Below, piece after piece: positions 11,219 through 22,112 of a stretch of 64,000 bases of DNA (positions within the stretch are counted from its first letter, which is position 1; each line of letters starts with the position of its first letter). Under the pieces are notes generated by a model, which had not been told where the DNA came from, searched no databases, and saw only the letters and a list, made by a program, of their open reading frames with translations. The translations under genes were made by a program, and so were the position numbers. The stretch comes from a virus (taxonomy: Duplodnaviria; Caudoviricetes). The DNA lies in the IMG/VR virus record IMGVR_UViG_3300028048_000055, positions 1 to 64,000 of that record. One strand, written 5' to 3'.

Positions 11219-11842
11219 ATGGAAGATAAAGAATTCAATACAGAATTTTCAACTAATTTCTTTACAGACTTTTCAACATCATTTGATAATATCAAATTTG
11301 ATGATGTATCATTTGATAAGGTTGATACTGAGCCATTTATTGTAAAACCTACAGAATTTGCAGAAACTAAAAAGCCAGAGTCAGAACCTGTCAAAATGGA
11401 AGAATTATCCTGGACAGAGTGTAAAGCACGTGAAGCCGACTATGAAAAACGAAAAGCACTAAGAAAACAGAAAAAAAGAAACGGCTTAGATGAAGAAGAA
11501 AAAATAATTACTGATGAATGGAATAATTGCAAATCTATTACTGAACAAGAAGAAGAACAAAAGATACTTCGTCAGCATCGAGAAAAGTATAAAGAATTTA
11601 TAGATGAGTTTAAACAACAAAAAGAACAATGTGAAATTACGATTGAACCAACTATAACAGAACCATATCCCAGAGTAGCTACAGCTATGGATCTACTTTA
11701 TAGCACGATTACACCAGAAACTAAATATATAGCTAGAACAATTGGTTGTGAAATTATTGGAAATACATTATATCCTAAAAATTGGTCACAAGATGAAGTT
11801 AATGAATTGAATAGGAGAATAAAGAAGAAAAATGCAGTATAA
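11219..11842 (+). CDS. hypothetical protein
   Basis: acidic ORF; ATG at 11219 preferred over the GTG start. Confidence 0.6.
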   Translation: MEDKEFNTEFSTNFFTDFSTSFDNIKFDDVSFDKVDTEPFIVKPTEFAETKKPESEPVKMEELSWTECKAREADYEKRKALRKQKKRNGLDEEEKIITDEWNNCKSITEQEEEQKILRQHREKYKEFIDEFKQQKEQCEITIEPTITEPYPRVATAMDLLYSTITPETKYIARTIGCEIIGNTLYPKNWSQDEVNELNRRIKKKNAV

Positions 11843-12479
11843 TATAGCTAAATCAATAATTACTTGCTTAATTGTGGTTTTCTGTGGAATCATGATTAAG
11901 GATCCGATTGGACCAGATAAAGAATTTAGCGCATGGTTGGCATTTATTACAATTTGTGCCATTACTGGATGGCTTTCTTCAAAAAATATTGAAAGAAAGG
12001 TTTTGCAGAATAAATTGAAATATGTAACTGATGAACAGCTTGCAGAAGCTAAATTGTATTCTCTTTGTAAGATTCACCGTATTACATATATGGATAGTCA
12101 TCTTTTTCGCATGTACAAGTCCTGGGAGTCTATTTATAAAAAACATAGTGATATATGGTCTGCGATACAAAACTGGTCCTGGGATAGTTTAATACACGGT
12201 AATGCGGGTATTATACTTCACTGTTCTGATATCAGTAAGAAAGAAGATATTGAAGGTGTTTTATTTCCAGATTCTAGAGTAAAAGAAGATATGGAAATTC
12301 TTAATAAGCTTGGTATCGAGTTACAAATTTCAGATTATACTTATAATTCTGGAGTTGAAAAGGATAAAAAAGATACAGATTATTATGTAAGAGTTTGGAG
12401 ATGCGAAATTCCAGAATGGATGATAGGTTTAACAAAAGAAGAAATTTTAAAGGAATATGAAGATGAAGCAAATCATTGA
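11832..12479 (+). CDS. hypothetical membrane protein
   Basis: two N-terminal TM segments. Confidence 0.65.
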   Translation: MQYNIAKSIITCLIVVFCGIMIKDPIGPDKEFSAWLAFITICAITGWLSSKNIERKVLQNKLKYVTDEQLAEAKLYSLCKIHRITYMDSHLFRMYKSWESIYKKHSDIWSAIQNWSWDSLIHGNAGIILHCSDISKKEDIEGVLFPDSRVKEDMEILNKLGIELQISDYTYNSGVEKDKKDTDYYVRVWRCEIPEWMIGLTKEEILKEYEDEANH

Positions 12480-13071
12480 TATCGAAAAAATGAAACAAGT
12501 GGCAATGGACCATAATTATGAATATATCTTTCATTGGAAAGAACGTGGCGAATATAAGAGTGGAACATTGAATGACTATCTTGATGCAGTATCAAAATTA
12601 TATAGTGGTGCTATTTCAGAAGTTGTGGGCTTTATGAAAGATCCAGAATTAACAGAAGAACAGGAAAATTGGCTTCTTAAAGAAACAATGTACAAGATTG
12701 ATGTATTATTTGAAACTTATAGTCGTATAGATTTTTGCTTATTGACTGATATAATTAATCAAAATTATACAGATGGCTTTAATGATAATTGCATATATGT
12801 AAAGTGTTCTGACTATATCGATATTACAAAGCATGAATATGATGTTATTGATATTCAGACAATTGTGAAAGCATTTGCAAATGAAGCACTTAAAAGATAT
12901 CTTGAAAATTATAAAGAATGGCTGATGGATGGGGGTAGTGATACTAATTGGGAGCCACGTGGTGAATTCTGTCATAACAATATAGTGATTACTATTGAAA
13001 GAGATGGCGTTGATATATCGTATAGGCCAATTAGTGTTTATGTTTCATCAGATTATAGTAAAGAGGATTAA
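12457..13071 (+). CDS. hypothetical protein
   Basis: ORF in operon. Confidence 0.65.
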   Translation: MKMKQIIDIEKMKQVAMDHNYEYIFHWKERGEYKSGTLNDYLDAVSKLYSGAISEVVGFMKDPELTEEQENWLLKETMYKIDVLFETYSRIDFCLLTDIINQNYTDGFNDNCIYVKCSDYIDITKHEYDVIDIQTIVKAFANEALKRYLENYKEWLMDGGSDTNWEPRGEFCHNNIVITIERDGVDISYRPISVYVSSDYSKED

Positions 13072-13073
13072 TA

Positions 13074-13532
13074 ATGGATATTGTTTTAAAGGATGGAACT
13101 TTAATAAATCATGCCACAGCGGAAGATGTTTCTGAATTAATCCGTAGAGGCATTATTAAGTCTGATATGGAATATAAAACAGATTCTGTATTTGACCAAA
13201 ATGAATATATGAAAGATTGCTGTGGCACAAATGAATTGTTTGACGCCTGTATGGAATTATGTAAAGATAATGATTCTATCCCGCCGCATGATTATTCAAA
13301 TGAAGATGGTTATGACCATAATCTTCCTGGAATGCATATAATTCGAGAATTGATGAATAATGATAAAGTAGTTGATTGTCCACCAAATTTTGATAATCTT
13401 TCAGGAGTAGACTGGCTTAAAGGAGTATCTGGCCAAATAATAGATTCGGCTGTTGGTAGTGCTCTTGATATGGCGAAGCCAAATACAGGATATTGTCCAT
13501 CGACGACTGCAACTACTGATATTACTTGGTAA
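13074..13532 (+). CDS. hypothetical protein (N- and C-termini similar to 23120)
   Basis: T.E...EL..RG motif and TTATT tail. Confidence 0.65.
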   Translation: MDIVLKDGTLINHATAEDVSELIRRGIIKSDMEYKTDSVFDQNEYMKDCCGTNELFDACMELCKDNDSIPPHDYSNEDGYDHNLPGMHIIRELMNNDKVVDCPPNFDNLSGVDWLKGVSGQIIDSAVGSALDMAKPNTGYCPSTTATTDITW

Positions 13533-13581
13533 TTTAAAATACCGGTTGACAAAGCCGGTATTTTTTATTATATTTTATAAT

Positions 13582-13779
13582 ATGGAATCATTCTCTGACA
13601 TTTTAAGAACAATAAACACTATATCGACTTTTGGTTGGGTTATTGTTGCTTGGATTTTTATAGTTGCTAGTTATGTAAGAAATAAAAAGCAACAAGGTCG
13701 TAATAAGAGAGAAGCTTATCGTCATAGAATGGATTATTACATTAACAAGTTTATGAATTTTGAAGGAGCTAAGTTTTAA
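13582..13779 (+). CDS. small membrane protein
   Basis: ATG directly after a promoter; one TM segment. Confidence 0.55.
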   Translation: MESFSDILRTINTISTFGWVIVAWIFIVASYVRNKKQQGRNKREAYRHRMDYYINKFMNFEGAKF

Positions 13780-14138
13780 TGACACCTGAAAAAATCTCAG
13801 AAGTTTTTCATAAAGTAGAAAATATTATTAATAAAGAATGGCCGGAAATTCTTGGTTATGCACCATATAAGTTTAATGAATATGGTGAAGAACATGAATG
13901 ACTTATCAGATTTGATAATGTCAATTATTTGACTTATAGTGAAGATGAAAATGTTTTCGTTCTTGATCTTGGAGCAACTTTTGGTGAAAGTGATGATTTC
14001 TGGGGTATTGAAAACTATGAAGAAAAAGAACTTCCTAAACTATACAGAAAGTTCAAGAAACTTGTTAAATTTGTAGCAGAACGTTATAATTCTAATTTTG
14101 ACGAATTAGAAAAGGAGCAAAACAATGAATCCGTTTAA
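13779..14138 (+). CDS. hypothetical protein with one in-frame TGA (13899-13901)
   Basis: MTPEKISE...GEEHE*LIRFDNVNYLTYSEDE continuous frame; AAGGAG SD. Confidence 0.55.
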
Positions 14139-14505
14139 AATTATTTCAAATCTTCGTAATTGTTCATCTATTACGATTAATGGTAAGGCAAATAACTGTA
14201 ATATCATGGGTGATGGCTGTGATATCATGATTGATGGTAATCATGTAGTTATTAATGGTAATAGCATTGAAGTAAATGATAAAATTATTAATATCAATAT
14301 TACTGGTGATGTTGACAATATTGAAAATTGCCATAATGTTAAAGTTACTGGAAATGCGCATGATATTAATACTGGCTCTGGTGATATTGAAGTTGGTGGC
14401 GATGTATCTGGTAATGTTCAGACCGGTTCAGGTGATGTTGAAGTCGGTGGAAGTGTAGGCGGAAATATCAGAACTGGTTCTGGTGATGTATCAGTTGGTA
14501 GGTAA
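14125..14505 (+). CDS. beta-helix repeat (DUF4097/adhesin-like) protein
   Basis: three TGSGD(I/V)xVG repeats. Confidence 0.7.
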   Translation: MNPFKIISNLRNCSSITINGKANNCNIMGDGCDIMIDGNHVVINGNSIEVNDKIININITGDVDNIENCHNVKVTGNAHDINTGSGDIEVGGDVSGNVQTGSGDVEVGGSVGGNIRTGSGDVSVGR

Positions 14506-14513
14506 GCGAATTT

Positions 14514-14945
14514 ATGACTAGAGATGAAATACGTGAAGCATCATCGACGATGTTTAAAGCTTATATGGATGAGCTTTGTGATAATCGTTGGAAAGCTTAT
14601 CGTACTGAACGCAATTGGTTTGAATTAGTTGCAGTTGATTTTGAAAATCATAAGAATATTCATATTATTGATTGGGTTATTCTTAAAAATAGACCTCATG
14701 TTATTTTTACTGATGATAATTATCCGCAGTATGATAGAATCCATCTAGTTTTTAATCAATTTAATGATCCATATGATAAATATACACATTATATAGAAGT
14801 ATTTAAATCAGAAGGAACAGGTGAAGATAAGACATTCCCTATCTGGTTATATTCTTTTCCATTTAATAAGCATTGTATTTCTGAAATTGAATATGCATAT
14901 AATTATTATGTAGAACAAATGGACCATTTTTCAAGGACTGTATAA
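14514..14945 (+). CDS. hypothetical protein
   Basis: ORF in operon. Confidence 0.65.
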   Translation: MTRDEIREASSTMFKAYMDELCDNRWKAYRTERNWFELVAVDFENHKNIHIIDWVILKNRPHVIFTDDNYPQYDRIHLVFNQFNDPYDKYTHYIEVFKSEGTGEDKTFPIWLYSFPFNKHCISEIEYAYNYYVEQMDHFSRTV

Positions 14946-15316
14946 TGATTACTGTTAAATTACATGATTCACAAGGTAGAGAAGATCGAGTTTATGACTT
15001 AAAAAAATTCGATGCTATAGGTTCAAACATTGATTCTGGTTGTGTTTATTTGTATAAATACGGTAGTAATTATACAATTAGTTGTAATGCTAGTCATGCA
15101 TATATTAAGATATATGGTTTACCTGATTATCAAAAAACAGGTGAAAAACCACATCTTGAGGGTTTAACATATAGACTTGAAAAAGGAAAAGAATATCAAT
15201 TAACTGAAATTTTTGAACGCCTTGATAATGAACCGATTTTAATCGAATATATTAAATATAGGTTGTTTCCTGGAAAATTTCCAAATGAATCTACATCACA
15301 ATATCTATGCGGATAA
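14945..15316 (+). CDS. hypothetical protein
   Basis: TAATG overlap. Confidence 0.65.
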   Translation: MITVKLHDSQGREDRVYDLKKFDAIGSNIDSGCVYLYKYGSNYTISCNASHAYIKIYGLPDYQKTGEKPHLEGLTYRLEKGKEYQLTEIFERLDNEPILIEYIKYRLFPGKFPNESTSQYLCG

Positions 15317-15393
15317 CTTAATTCAATTATTTTTTAAAATAGGACTTTACAAATGTCCTATTTTTTATTATATTTGGTTAAAAGCGGATAAAA

Positions 15394-15549
15394 ATGAAAA
15401 AGTATATTAAGCCTAAGATGGAAATTTTGGATATGGGCTCTCAGCAACAGTTGCTTTCTGGTTCTGGTGATTCATGGTGGGTTCCGCCTGATGAACCTGA
15501 AGAAGGTTGTGAATCTGCTTGGCATTGTGGCGGTTGGGGAAACGACTAA
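15394..15549 (+). CDS. RiPP-precursor-like peptide MKKYIKPKMEILDMGSQQQLLSGSGDSWWVPPDEPEEGCESAWHCGGWGND
   Basis: own promoter; YxKPxME...LLxGS leader-like N-terminus and W/C-rich core; too short for the ORF track. Confidence 0.6.
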   Translation: MKKYIKPKMEILDMGSQQQLLSGSGDSWWVPPDEPEEGCESAWHCGGWGND

Positions 15550-15641
15550 ATTATGAAAAAGAATATTGTCATTATACATTAAATTTAGTGGCTTAATTAT
15601 AAATAACATAGAGTTATAGTTTTGTTATTAAGGAGAAGAAA

Positions 15642-16388
15642 ATGAATGAAGGTTATCCTGGTGAAAAGAGAGTATTTCAAAAAGTAAGATCTTTTGAAGA
15701 AGAATATCCAGATTTGAAGACTTATGAAAAAGAAGTATTGTCTTGGATAGACAATAAATATGAACGTATAGAATTGGAAACTTTTAAACCAAAAGTATTC
15801 AAGCTATTATCGATGACTGAACTTCTTCCTTGGGTAGAAGAAACTGTAAAGAATGTTATCCAGAATGGATATAATGAACAGACTCCTTCAGATGATTGTT
15901 GGGATGAAATTGTAGAGAAAATTGAAAAAGAACTAAATAAAGATGTCAATGAGTCAACCGACACAGAATATACAGATGAAACTTGGGATAACCAAGTAGA
16001 ATTTGAAACGCAGTTCATCTATAATGAATTGAAGACTTGGTTAAAGTCTTTCAAAGATACTGAGTTTAATGTTTATAAGTATGTTGGTGGAACTGATACT
16101 ATGCCACAACCTTTCATTCGTATTTACGATAGTAAAAACAATGTTATCAGAGAAATCTTATTATATGAAGATGAAGACGATATTTTCTTAAAAATGTGGT
16201 ATGGTTCTAGTATTGCTAAAAAAGAAAATTGTAAGACTTATGAACTTAGCGCAATCAAGAATATTCCTGAATTCTGTAAAGACATTATTATGGATATACG
16301 AAGTAATAAAATCTTATATCCAAAAGTAGAAGAATCAGTTAAGTTACTTAGAAAAGCTGGATATATTGTAGAAAAACTGAAAAAGTAA
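15642..16388 (+). CDS. hypothetical late (possible virion internal) protein
   Basis: TATAAATA upstream; 'ESVKLLRKAGYIVE' motif shared with 51354. Confidence 0.6.
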   Translation: MNEGYPGEKRVFQKVRSFEEEYPDLKTYEKEVLSWIDNKYERIELETFKPKVFKLLSMTELLPWVEETVKNVIQNGYNEQTPSDDCWDEIVEKIEKELNKDVNESTDTEYTDETWDNQVEFETQFIYNELKTWLKSFKDTEFNVYKYVGGTDTMPQPFIRIYDSKNNVIREILLYEDEDDIFLKMWYGSSIAKKENCKTYELSAIKNIPEFCKDIIMDIRSNKILYPKVEESVKLLRKAGYIVEKLKK

Positions 16389-16469
16389 AGAAAAGTTTAC
16401 ATAAGGAAAATTAGAAACTTTTTCAAAAAATGGGTTGACAAGTTCAACTCATTTTATTATATTTGTAAT

Positions 16470-16784
16470 ATGACGAACGAGAAATTCAATACAATCATTC
16501 GTGTTCTTCAAAAGACACTCGAACCAAAGAATGTAGAAATTAGATTATCATCCACGAAAAGTAACAAAGATAAACTGATTATTGAATTTTACACAAAACC
16601 ATATAATTTCTGTATTGCTGAACTTATTTTTGAACACGAACCTGTAATTAAAGGAAATAAGTTCTATCTTGAAATGGAATTTTCTTATGTACACATTGAC
16701 AAACAATGTACTGTAGAAGAAAAAGACCTAGTAAATAAAATTGTTAAACAGTTTAAGAGCGAGAATTATTATGAAAATCAGTGA
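16470..16784 (+). CDS. hypothetical protein
   Basis: ORF directly after a promoter. Confidence 0.65.
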   Translation: MTNEKFNTIIRVLQKTLEPKNVEIRLSSTKSNKDKLIIEFYTKPYNFCIAELIFEHEPVIKGNKFYLEMEFSYVHIDKQCTVEEKDLVNKIVKQFKSENYYENQ

Positions 16785-16998
16785 AATAATTAATGAGCTC
16801 ACCGAGTTACAAAAATACATCGGTGACAAGGATATTGATGTATGCGTTGCAAACAATACAACAGCTGGGGTCTTGGGAAAGAGATGAAACTAGACGTTCT
16901 ATTTTTAAAAAACTAGGTTATATTTTAATCGAAGTGTGGTCTGATGACTATAAGGCAAATAAAGAACAAGTTTTAAATGAGATAGTGAGACAAATCTT

Positions 16999-18189
16999 AT
17001 GATGCAGATACAAGGCAAATACGGTATTGCTGAAGTTTTTACAGATAATGTGTGTACAGAAGCATATACACAAATTCTTAATATTATGAATCAATGTTGG
17101 GCAAGAAATGCTGATATTAAATTTATGCCAGATATTTCGCCCGGACGTGATGCTTTGGTAGGCACTACCATGAAAGTTACCGATAAGGCAGTTCCAAATT
17201 TAATTGGTCCAGATATTGGATGCGGTATGCTTGTCGCAAAGCTTAAGGACAAGTTTATTGAATTTGGAAAACTTGATAAAGTTATCAAGGAAAAGATTCC
17301 ATCCGGTAAAAGTCATAATGATAAAAAACATCGTTATGCTAAAGAATTTGACGAAGAATTTGAAAAACTTATCGCTAATGTTAAGCGTGAAGAACTTCTG
17401 AGTATTTGTAGCCTTGGGTCGGGCAACCATTTCATTGAATGCGATAAGGATGAAGACGGTGCATTCTATATAGTTATTCATTCCGGTTCTCGTCATTTGG
17501 GTGTTGCTACTTGTGAATATTGGCAAAATCTTGCAATTAAGGATTGTGCTGACTTGACAGCAATTCGAGGTGCTGAAATAGCCAAGTATAAGAACCAAGG
17601 AAAGACGGATGCTGAAATTAAGGAACTTATGAAGGATTATGACCATTTCTCTGTTCCTAAGAATCTTTCTTATTTGACTGGTGAACATATGCAGGGTTAT
17701 CTGCATGATATGGAAATTGTCCAGCAGTTTGCCGTTATGAACCGTGCCGCAATGCTCGATGTTATTGTCAAGGAAATGGGTTTCAAGGTTGTCGAAAAGT
17801 TTGAAACTATTCACAACTATATCGATCTTAAGAATATGATTCTCCGTAAGGGTTCTATTTCTGCACAAGAAGGCGAAAGGGTCATTATTCCTATGAATAT
17901 GAGAGATGGTTCTTTGATTTGTGTCGGTAAGGGAAATCCAGATTGGAATTATTCAGCACCTCATGGAGCAGGTCGTTTAATGACCAGAAGTGATGCTAAG
18001 AACTCAATTTCTATGAAGGAGTATAAAGATGCTATGAAAGGAATTTTCACGTCCTGTGTGTCTTCCGCGACGATTGACGAGTCTCCTATGGCTTATAAGC
18101 CGATGGATGAAATCATAGCAAATATTGAACCTACTTGCACTATCGAAAAGATTATCAAGCCGGTTTATAACTTCAAGGCGGCATTTTAA
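16999..18189 (+). CDS. rtcB: RtcB-family RNA ligase
   Basis: MPD, DIGCG, SLGSGNHFIE, HSGSR, HNY, RKG, IPMNM, SAPHGAGR, DESPMAYK motifs. Confidence 0.95.
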   Translation: MMQIQGKYGIAEVFTDNVCTEAYTQILNIMNQCWARNADIKFMPDISPGRDALVGTTMKVTDKAVPNLIGPDIGCGMLVAKLKDKFIEFGKLDKVIKEKIPSGKSHNDKKHRYAKEFDEEFEKLIANVKREELLSICSLGSGNHFIECDKDEDGAFYIVIHSGSRHLGVATCEYWQNLAIKDCADLTAIRGAEIAKYKNQGKTDAEIKELMKDYDHFSVPKNLSYLTGEHMQGYLHDMEIVQQFAVMNRAAMLDVIVKEMGFKVVEKFETIHNYIDLKNMILRKGSISAQEGERVIIPMNMRDGSLICVGKGNPDWNYSAPHGAGRLMTRSDAKNSISMKEYKDAMKGIFTSCVSSATIDESPMAYKPMDEIIANIEPTCTIEKIIKPVYNFKAAF

Positions 18190-18653
18190 TGTTATATCTG
18201 GTAGGCTATTATTATAACGGTGCATACGGTGAAGGTACTACTGGACCTTACAGGCTTATAAAAGCAAAAAATAAACGCGAAGCCGAAAAAGAATATACTT
18301 TAAATACTTGCCTGTATGGGAAAGTTGTATGTTCTATTTTTAACAAAAAATGTTTGTTTAGAAATATGCAGACTTCTCGTGAAGCATGTAATGTAATTCT
18401 TAGAATGATAACACGGCCAACAATAAATTTGGATCCAAATTTTGTAATTGAACGTATCTGTGTAGATGCTTCAATAAATAGTAATTTTAAAGGCTTTATT
18501 GACGAATGTTCTTACTGGCCAAAAACTATTGATGAAGCTATAGACATTGCACAAGATTTAATGTTTAATCCTAATTTAAGAACTGGATTTATTTCAATTA
18601 CTGGGACACTTGATGGTGAATCAAAACATTATATGCATACAATAAAATGGTAA
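18189..18653 (+). CDS. hypothetical protein
   Basis: TAATG overlap. Confidence 0.65.
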   Translation: MLYLVGYYYNGAYGEGTTGPYRLIKAKNKREAEKEYTLNTCLYGKVVCSIFNKKCLFRNMQTSREACNVILRMITRPTINLDPNFVIERICVDASINSNFKGFIDECSYWPKTIDEAIDIAQDLMFNPNLRTGFISITGTLDGESKHYMHTIKW

Positions 18654-18665
18654 GGTGGTTTTCTA

Positions 18666-19175
18666 ATGAAACGTATTTTTCCAATATATAAAGGTGTTAG
18701 CTTAGACAAAGCTGGCATGGGTTATTCTTCTCTCCAATCTGCAAAGCATTATATGGATGAAAAACCGATTAGAGAGGATTTTGATAAGTCGTTACCGAAG
18801 AACTATTGGTATGAGTTTGAATATGTTTACAAGCATAATGGTGATGTAAACGATAATCTCTTTAGATCCGAATCAAATTATCAGTTTCACGATACTGACT
18901 ACGAAGAAAAGTTTTATATTAAAGACTTGACTGGTAAAGACAAGGAATTATGGGATAAAGTCTATGCTATTGAAGACAAATATCGTGAGCGTGGTTGGGG
19001 TTGGGCTGGCAAAAAAGTCGAAAAAGAAATGTACGCATTGCTTGAAAAACTGGACAAACGTGGCTGGTACTATACATTGTTTGAAGATACAAAGGATTAC
19101 TGGAAGAAGTATCGTGCTTATAAAAAGGCAAATGTTGAATATGTTGAGAAAACTGTTAAAATAAAGGTAGATTAA
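18666..19175 (+). CDS. hypothetical protein
   Basis: ORF in operon. Confidence 0.65.
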   Translation: MKRIFPIYKGVSLDKAGMGYSSLQSAKHYMDEKPIREDFDKSLPKNYWYEFEYVYKHNGDVNDNLFRSESNYQFHDTDYEEKFYIKDLTGKDKELWDKVYAIEDKYRERGWGWAGKKVEKEMYALLEKLDKRGWYYTLFEDTKDYWKKYRAYKKANVEYVEKTVKIKVD

Positions 19176-19423
19176 TGTGGTCATTAGTTTTAATGTTTTA
19201 TTTTCTTAGCGGATATGGTGGTGGAGTAGGTGCAACTACTGTAGATAATTTCACTTCTAAAGAAGCTTGCGAAGCAGCAGGTAATGCATTTGTTAATAGT
19301 TTAGATACATATCAATATAATAGAATTTCAAAAGGTTTTTTATCTAATAAGAAAGAAATTTCAGTAGAAACCAATAATCAAAGTAATATCGGTAAATCAT
19401 ATCAGTGCATTGAGGTAAAATGA
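19175..19423 (+). CDS. small secreted/membrane protein
   Basis: hydrophobic N-terminus, FTSKEACEAAG motif. Confidence 0.6.
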   Translation: MWSLVLMFYFLSGYGGGVGATTVDNFTSKEACEAAGNAFVNSLDTYQYNRISKGFLSNKKEISVETNNQSNIGKSYQCIEVK

Positions 19424-20169
19424 CTGAGTTAGAAGCCAAAGATAAAGAAATTGCTTTATTAAAGCATCAATTAAATCGTTTACGATGTTTTATGTGGTTG
19501 CATAAGACAAATTTTAAGACTAAACGAAAATTGACAAATATCGATATTTGGGATTATTTTAACAATAAAGATCCAAAACAAATTAAAAGGTAATTTAATG
19601 ACTGAAGCATATAAGGAACTTGAACGTTGGCATAAATTTTCAAATGGCGCAATTGGTGATAAGACAGCATTGATGACTTTGTTTGTCGCTACTGTTAGTC
19701 CTGAACATAAAGAAGAAGTTCAAGACTTGATCAGTCAGGAGATTTCTGTTGAACTTTAAAGGTGGACATTCTCATAGACGAAACTGGTGCCAATGCAGTC
19801 AATGCGGAAAATGGTTTCGTCGAAATAGAGGCTATCATGAAGATATTAATAGATGTATTCATGTAAAAGTTCATTTTTGTTCATGGTCTTGCAGTGAAAG
19901 TGCATCAAATGAAGTCGATTGGGAAACAGGTTGGCCTTATGAGCCACATTTTATGCATGATGAAGATTTGATTCCATATCAGGTTATGACAGATAAAGGA
20001 TTAATTTTGGTAAATACAGGAAATGACAACATTAACATATAGCTTATTAAGCTTAATAGAACTTTTAAGTTTTGCATTAGGAATTGCAGCTGGTTCCTTA
20101 CTTATGTTTGGAATTGGTTATTTTTTTGGTAGTATAACTTATAATTTTTTTCACAAGAAGGATTAAACT

Positions 20170-20472
20170 ATGCAAATGTTAATTTATATGCATATTGCAA
20201 TGATAGTATTGGCTGGAATTGGATTTACAGCTAATATCTTTATGGAAAATGGAAAAATCCAGAATCTCGTAGAAGCAATAGTTTGGGGTGTATTAGCTGC
20301 ATTTGCTGTTCATTTTGGCGGAACATTTGCATTTGTCATGGGTATTATTTTTACCGTGCTTTTGGGATGTTCGACATTTGCAGCGTTTATTAGTAAGCCG
20401 AAACCAGAATTTTTTATTCATGTGCCAATGTTCTTGTTGTTCCTTTATGCGGTTTATACTTATACCTATTAA
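20170..20472 (+). CDS. hypothetical membrane protein
   Basis: multi-TM. Confidence 0.65.
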   Translation: MQMLIYMHIAMIVLAGIGFTANIFMENGKIQNLVEAIVWGVLAAFAVHFGGTFAFVMGIIFTVLLGCSTFAAFISKPKPEFFIHVPMFLLFLYAVYTYTY

Positions 20473-20482
20473 GGAGTAAATT

Positions 20483-20845
20483 ATGTGGTTTGTTCATTAT
20501 CTTATAGGCATTTGTACAATAACTTTAGTTGTTTCTGCAATAATTTTTTGGTTTGCATGTGAAACCGACAAAACAAATAAAGTGGTAGATAGAATAATTG
20601 CAATAACCGCTACTATAATGATAACTTCAGCAGCAGTAGATCTTGTATCTGTATTATTACGGGATAGTGATAGTTATAAAGTTTCAGCTTATCAACATCA
20701 TTTGGATATTAGAACAGATTTAATATATGATTGCCCTATACGAGTGAATACGGAAGAATCGCCTATATGCACTTATAAATGGAAAGAATATAGAAAAGAC
20801 AGTACTAGATTATATGAAGTATATCAAAAGGTAATAAATGATTAA
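20483..20845 (+). CDS. membrane protein, paralog of 34673
   Basis: 2 TM plus CPI...C.Y.W..YR.DS motif. Confidence 0.7.
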   Translation: MWFVHYLIGICTITLVVSAIIFWFACETDKTNKVVDRIIAITATIMITSAAVDLVSVLLRDSDSYKVSAYQHHLDIRTDLIYDCPIRVNTEESPICTYKWKEYRKDSTRLYEVYQKVIND

Positions 20846-21074
20846 ATTAATTAAAAAAATTTGGAATTTTTATCCAGTTAAAGTTTTTGTCGCTTCATTG
20901 TTTATTTTGGCAGACGGAGGTATTCTTGAAGCTAATATAGGTGGTGATTATAATGTATTAGTTGGTGTACTTGTTGGTTTACCAGGATTTATGCTTATAA
21001 CTGATGCATTTCGTCGGTTGTCAGAATATGATAAAGAAATTTTAGATATTTGCAATAGGAATAAAAATGATTAA
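20838..21074 (+). CDS. small membrane protein
   Basis: overlapping operon ORF. Confidence 0.6.
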   Translation: MIKLIKKIWNFYPVKVFVASLFILADGGILEANIGGDYNVLVGVLVGLPGFMLITDAFRRLSEYDKEILDICNRNKND

Positions 21075-21396
21075 TCTTACTGTAGAATGGTCATATCATG
21101 ATAAAGATATGTCCGAAAATGAAGAACCTGCCTGCCTTTATGATACGGTTACTATAGGTGATGATAAATTATATGATTTTTTAGAATCACTCATTATGGG
21201 TTGGGATGCAGATGAAAGTTTTAATGATTGGCAATTAGTAAATCCAGATATATTAGTTGAATCTTTCTTTAAAGTATTCAAGTTTTATCCATTTGATATA
21301 GATTCTGAAAATTATGAAAAATTCAGAATGTTCCCATATCCTAATAATGTAACAATTAACGATAAGGTTGATTTGTGGGATATATTTACTGATTGA
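21067..21396 (+). CDS. hypothetical protein (frame stays open past TGA to 21513)
   Basis: ORF track; 38 further sense codons after the TGA. Confidence 0.6.
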   Translation: MINLTVEWSYHDKDMSENEEPACLYDTVTIGDDKLYDFLESLIMGWDADESFNDWQLVNPDILVESFFKVFKFYPFDIDSENYEKFRMFPYPNNVTINDKVDLWDIFTD

Positions 21397-21636
21397 CGAG
21401 AACGTTTAGAAATAGAATCAGACCTTAATGATGATATAAGTGTGGGTGAAGTATCGGAACCGTGTTATGTTAGGCAAATTTACAAAGAAGTCGTCGAAAA
21501 ACTTAATGGATAATAAGACTATTGCAAAATATGCAAGTGCTCTTATTAAACAGTTTGACCAGGAACATTTAGCTTCTGGTCATAAAGCTCTTTATATTAC
21601 AGGTAAATAACAAAGAAAATTACAAAAAGCAGGCTA

Positions 21637-22110
21637 ATGATGGAATATAATAAAATCAATAATAATGAAATAGAATTTGTTTTTGAAAACTGTGAATGTA
21701 TACATATTTCTACCAATGCCATTAAAAGTATATGGATGGAAACTAAGGGTGAACGTTATGAATATGATAGGCATGGTATATTATATAAGACTAAATTAGT
21801 TAAGTCTTTCTGTATAGAACTTTATCTTAAAAATGAATTGAATTTTTATCATAAGCCAAATCAGTCAGATAAGACTACAATTAAAGAAGAAGGTAGTGCT
21901 GCAAGAGACCGTTTAAGATATTGTGATGATATCTGTAGACTTTATATTAACGGCGAACATTTTAGTATGCCTTGGAATTCAGAAAAAGTCATTTATGATA
22001 AAGAACTTCCTATTCCATGTTATAAGAATAAGTGGCAAGAAAATAAAGAAGAAACATTATCAGATGGTACTCATGTTTTAACAATTAAAATCAAAGAAGG
22101 TGAAAAATAA
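21637..22110 (+). CDS. hypothetical phage protein
   Basis: FVFENCE motif. Confidence 0.65.
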   Translation: MMEYNKINNNEIEFVFENCECIHISTNAIKSIWMETKGERYEYDRHGILYKTKLVKSFCIELYLKNELNFYHKPNQSDKTTIKEEGSAARDRLRYCDDICRLYINGEHFSMPWNSEKVIYDKELPIPCYKNKWQENKEETLSDGTHVLTIKIKEGEK

Positions 22111-22112
22111 TC

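Noticed and set aside
16793-17002. 69 aa ORF as an intact gene
   Set aside because: Appears to be a junction between a short ORF starting at 16771 and a C-terminal Vsr-like endonuclease remnant (KLGYILIEVWSDD).
17200-17868. 222 aa - strand ORF, and other antisense ORFs such as 27844-28374, 40181-40654 and 5147-5626
   Set aside because: Antisense to well-supported + strand genes.
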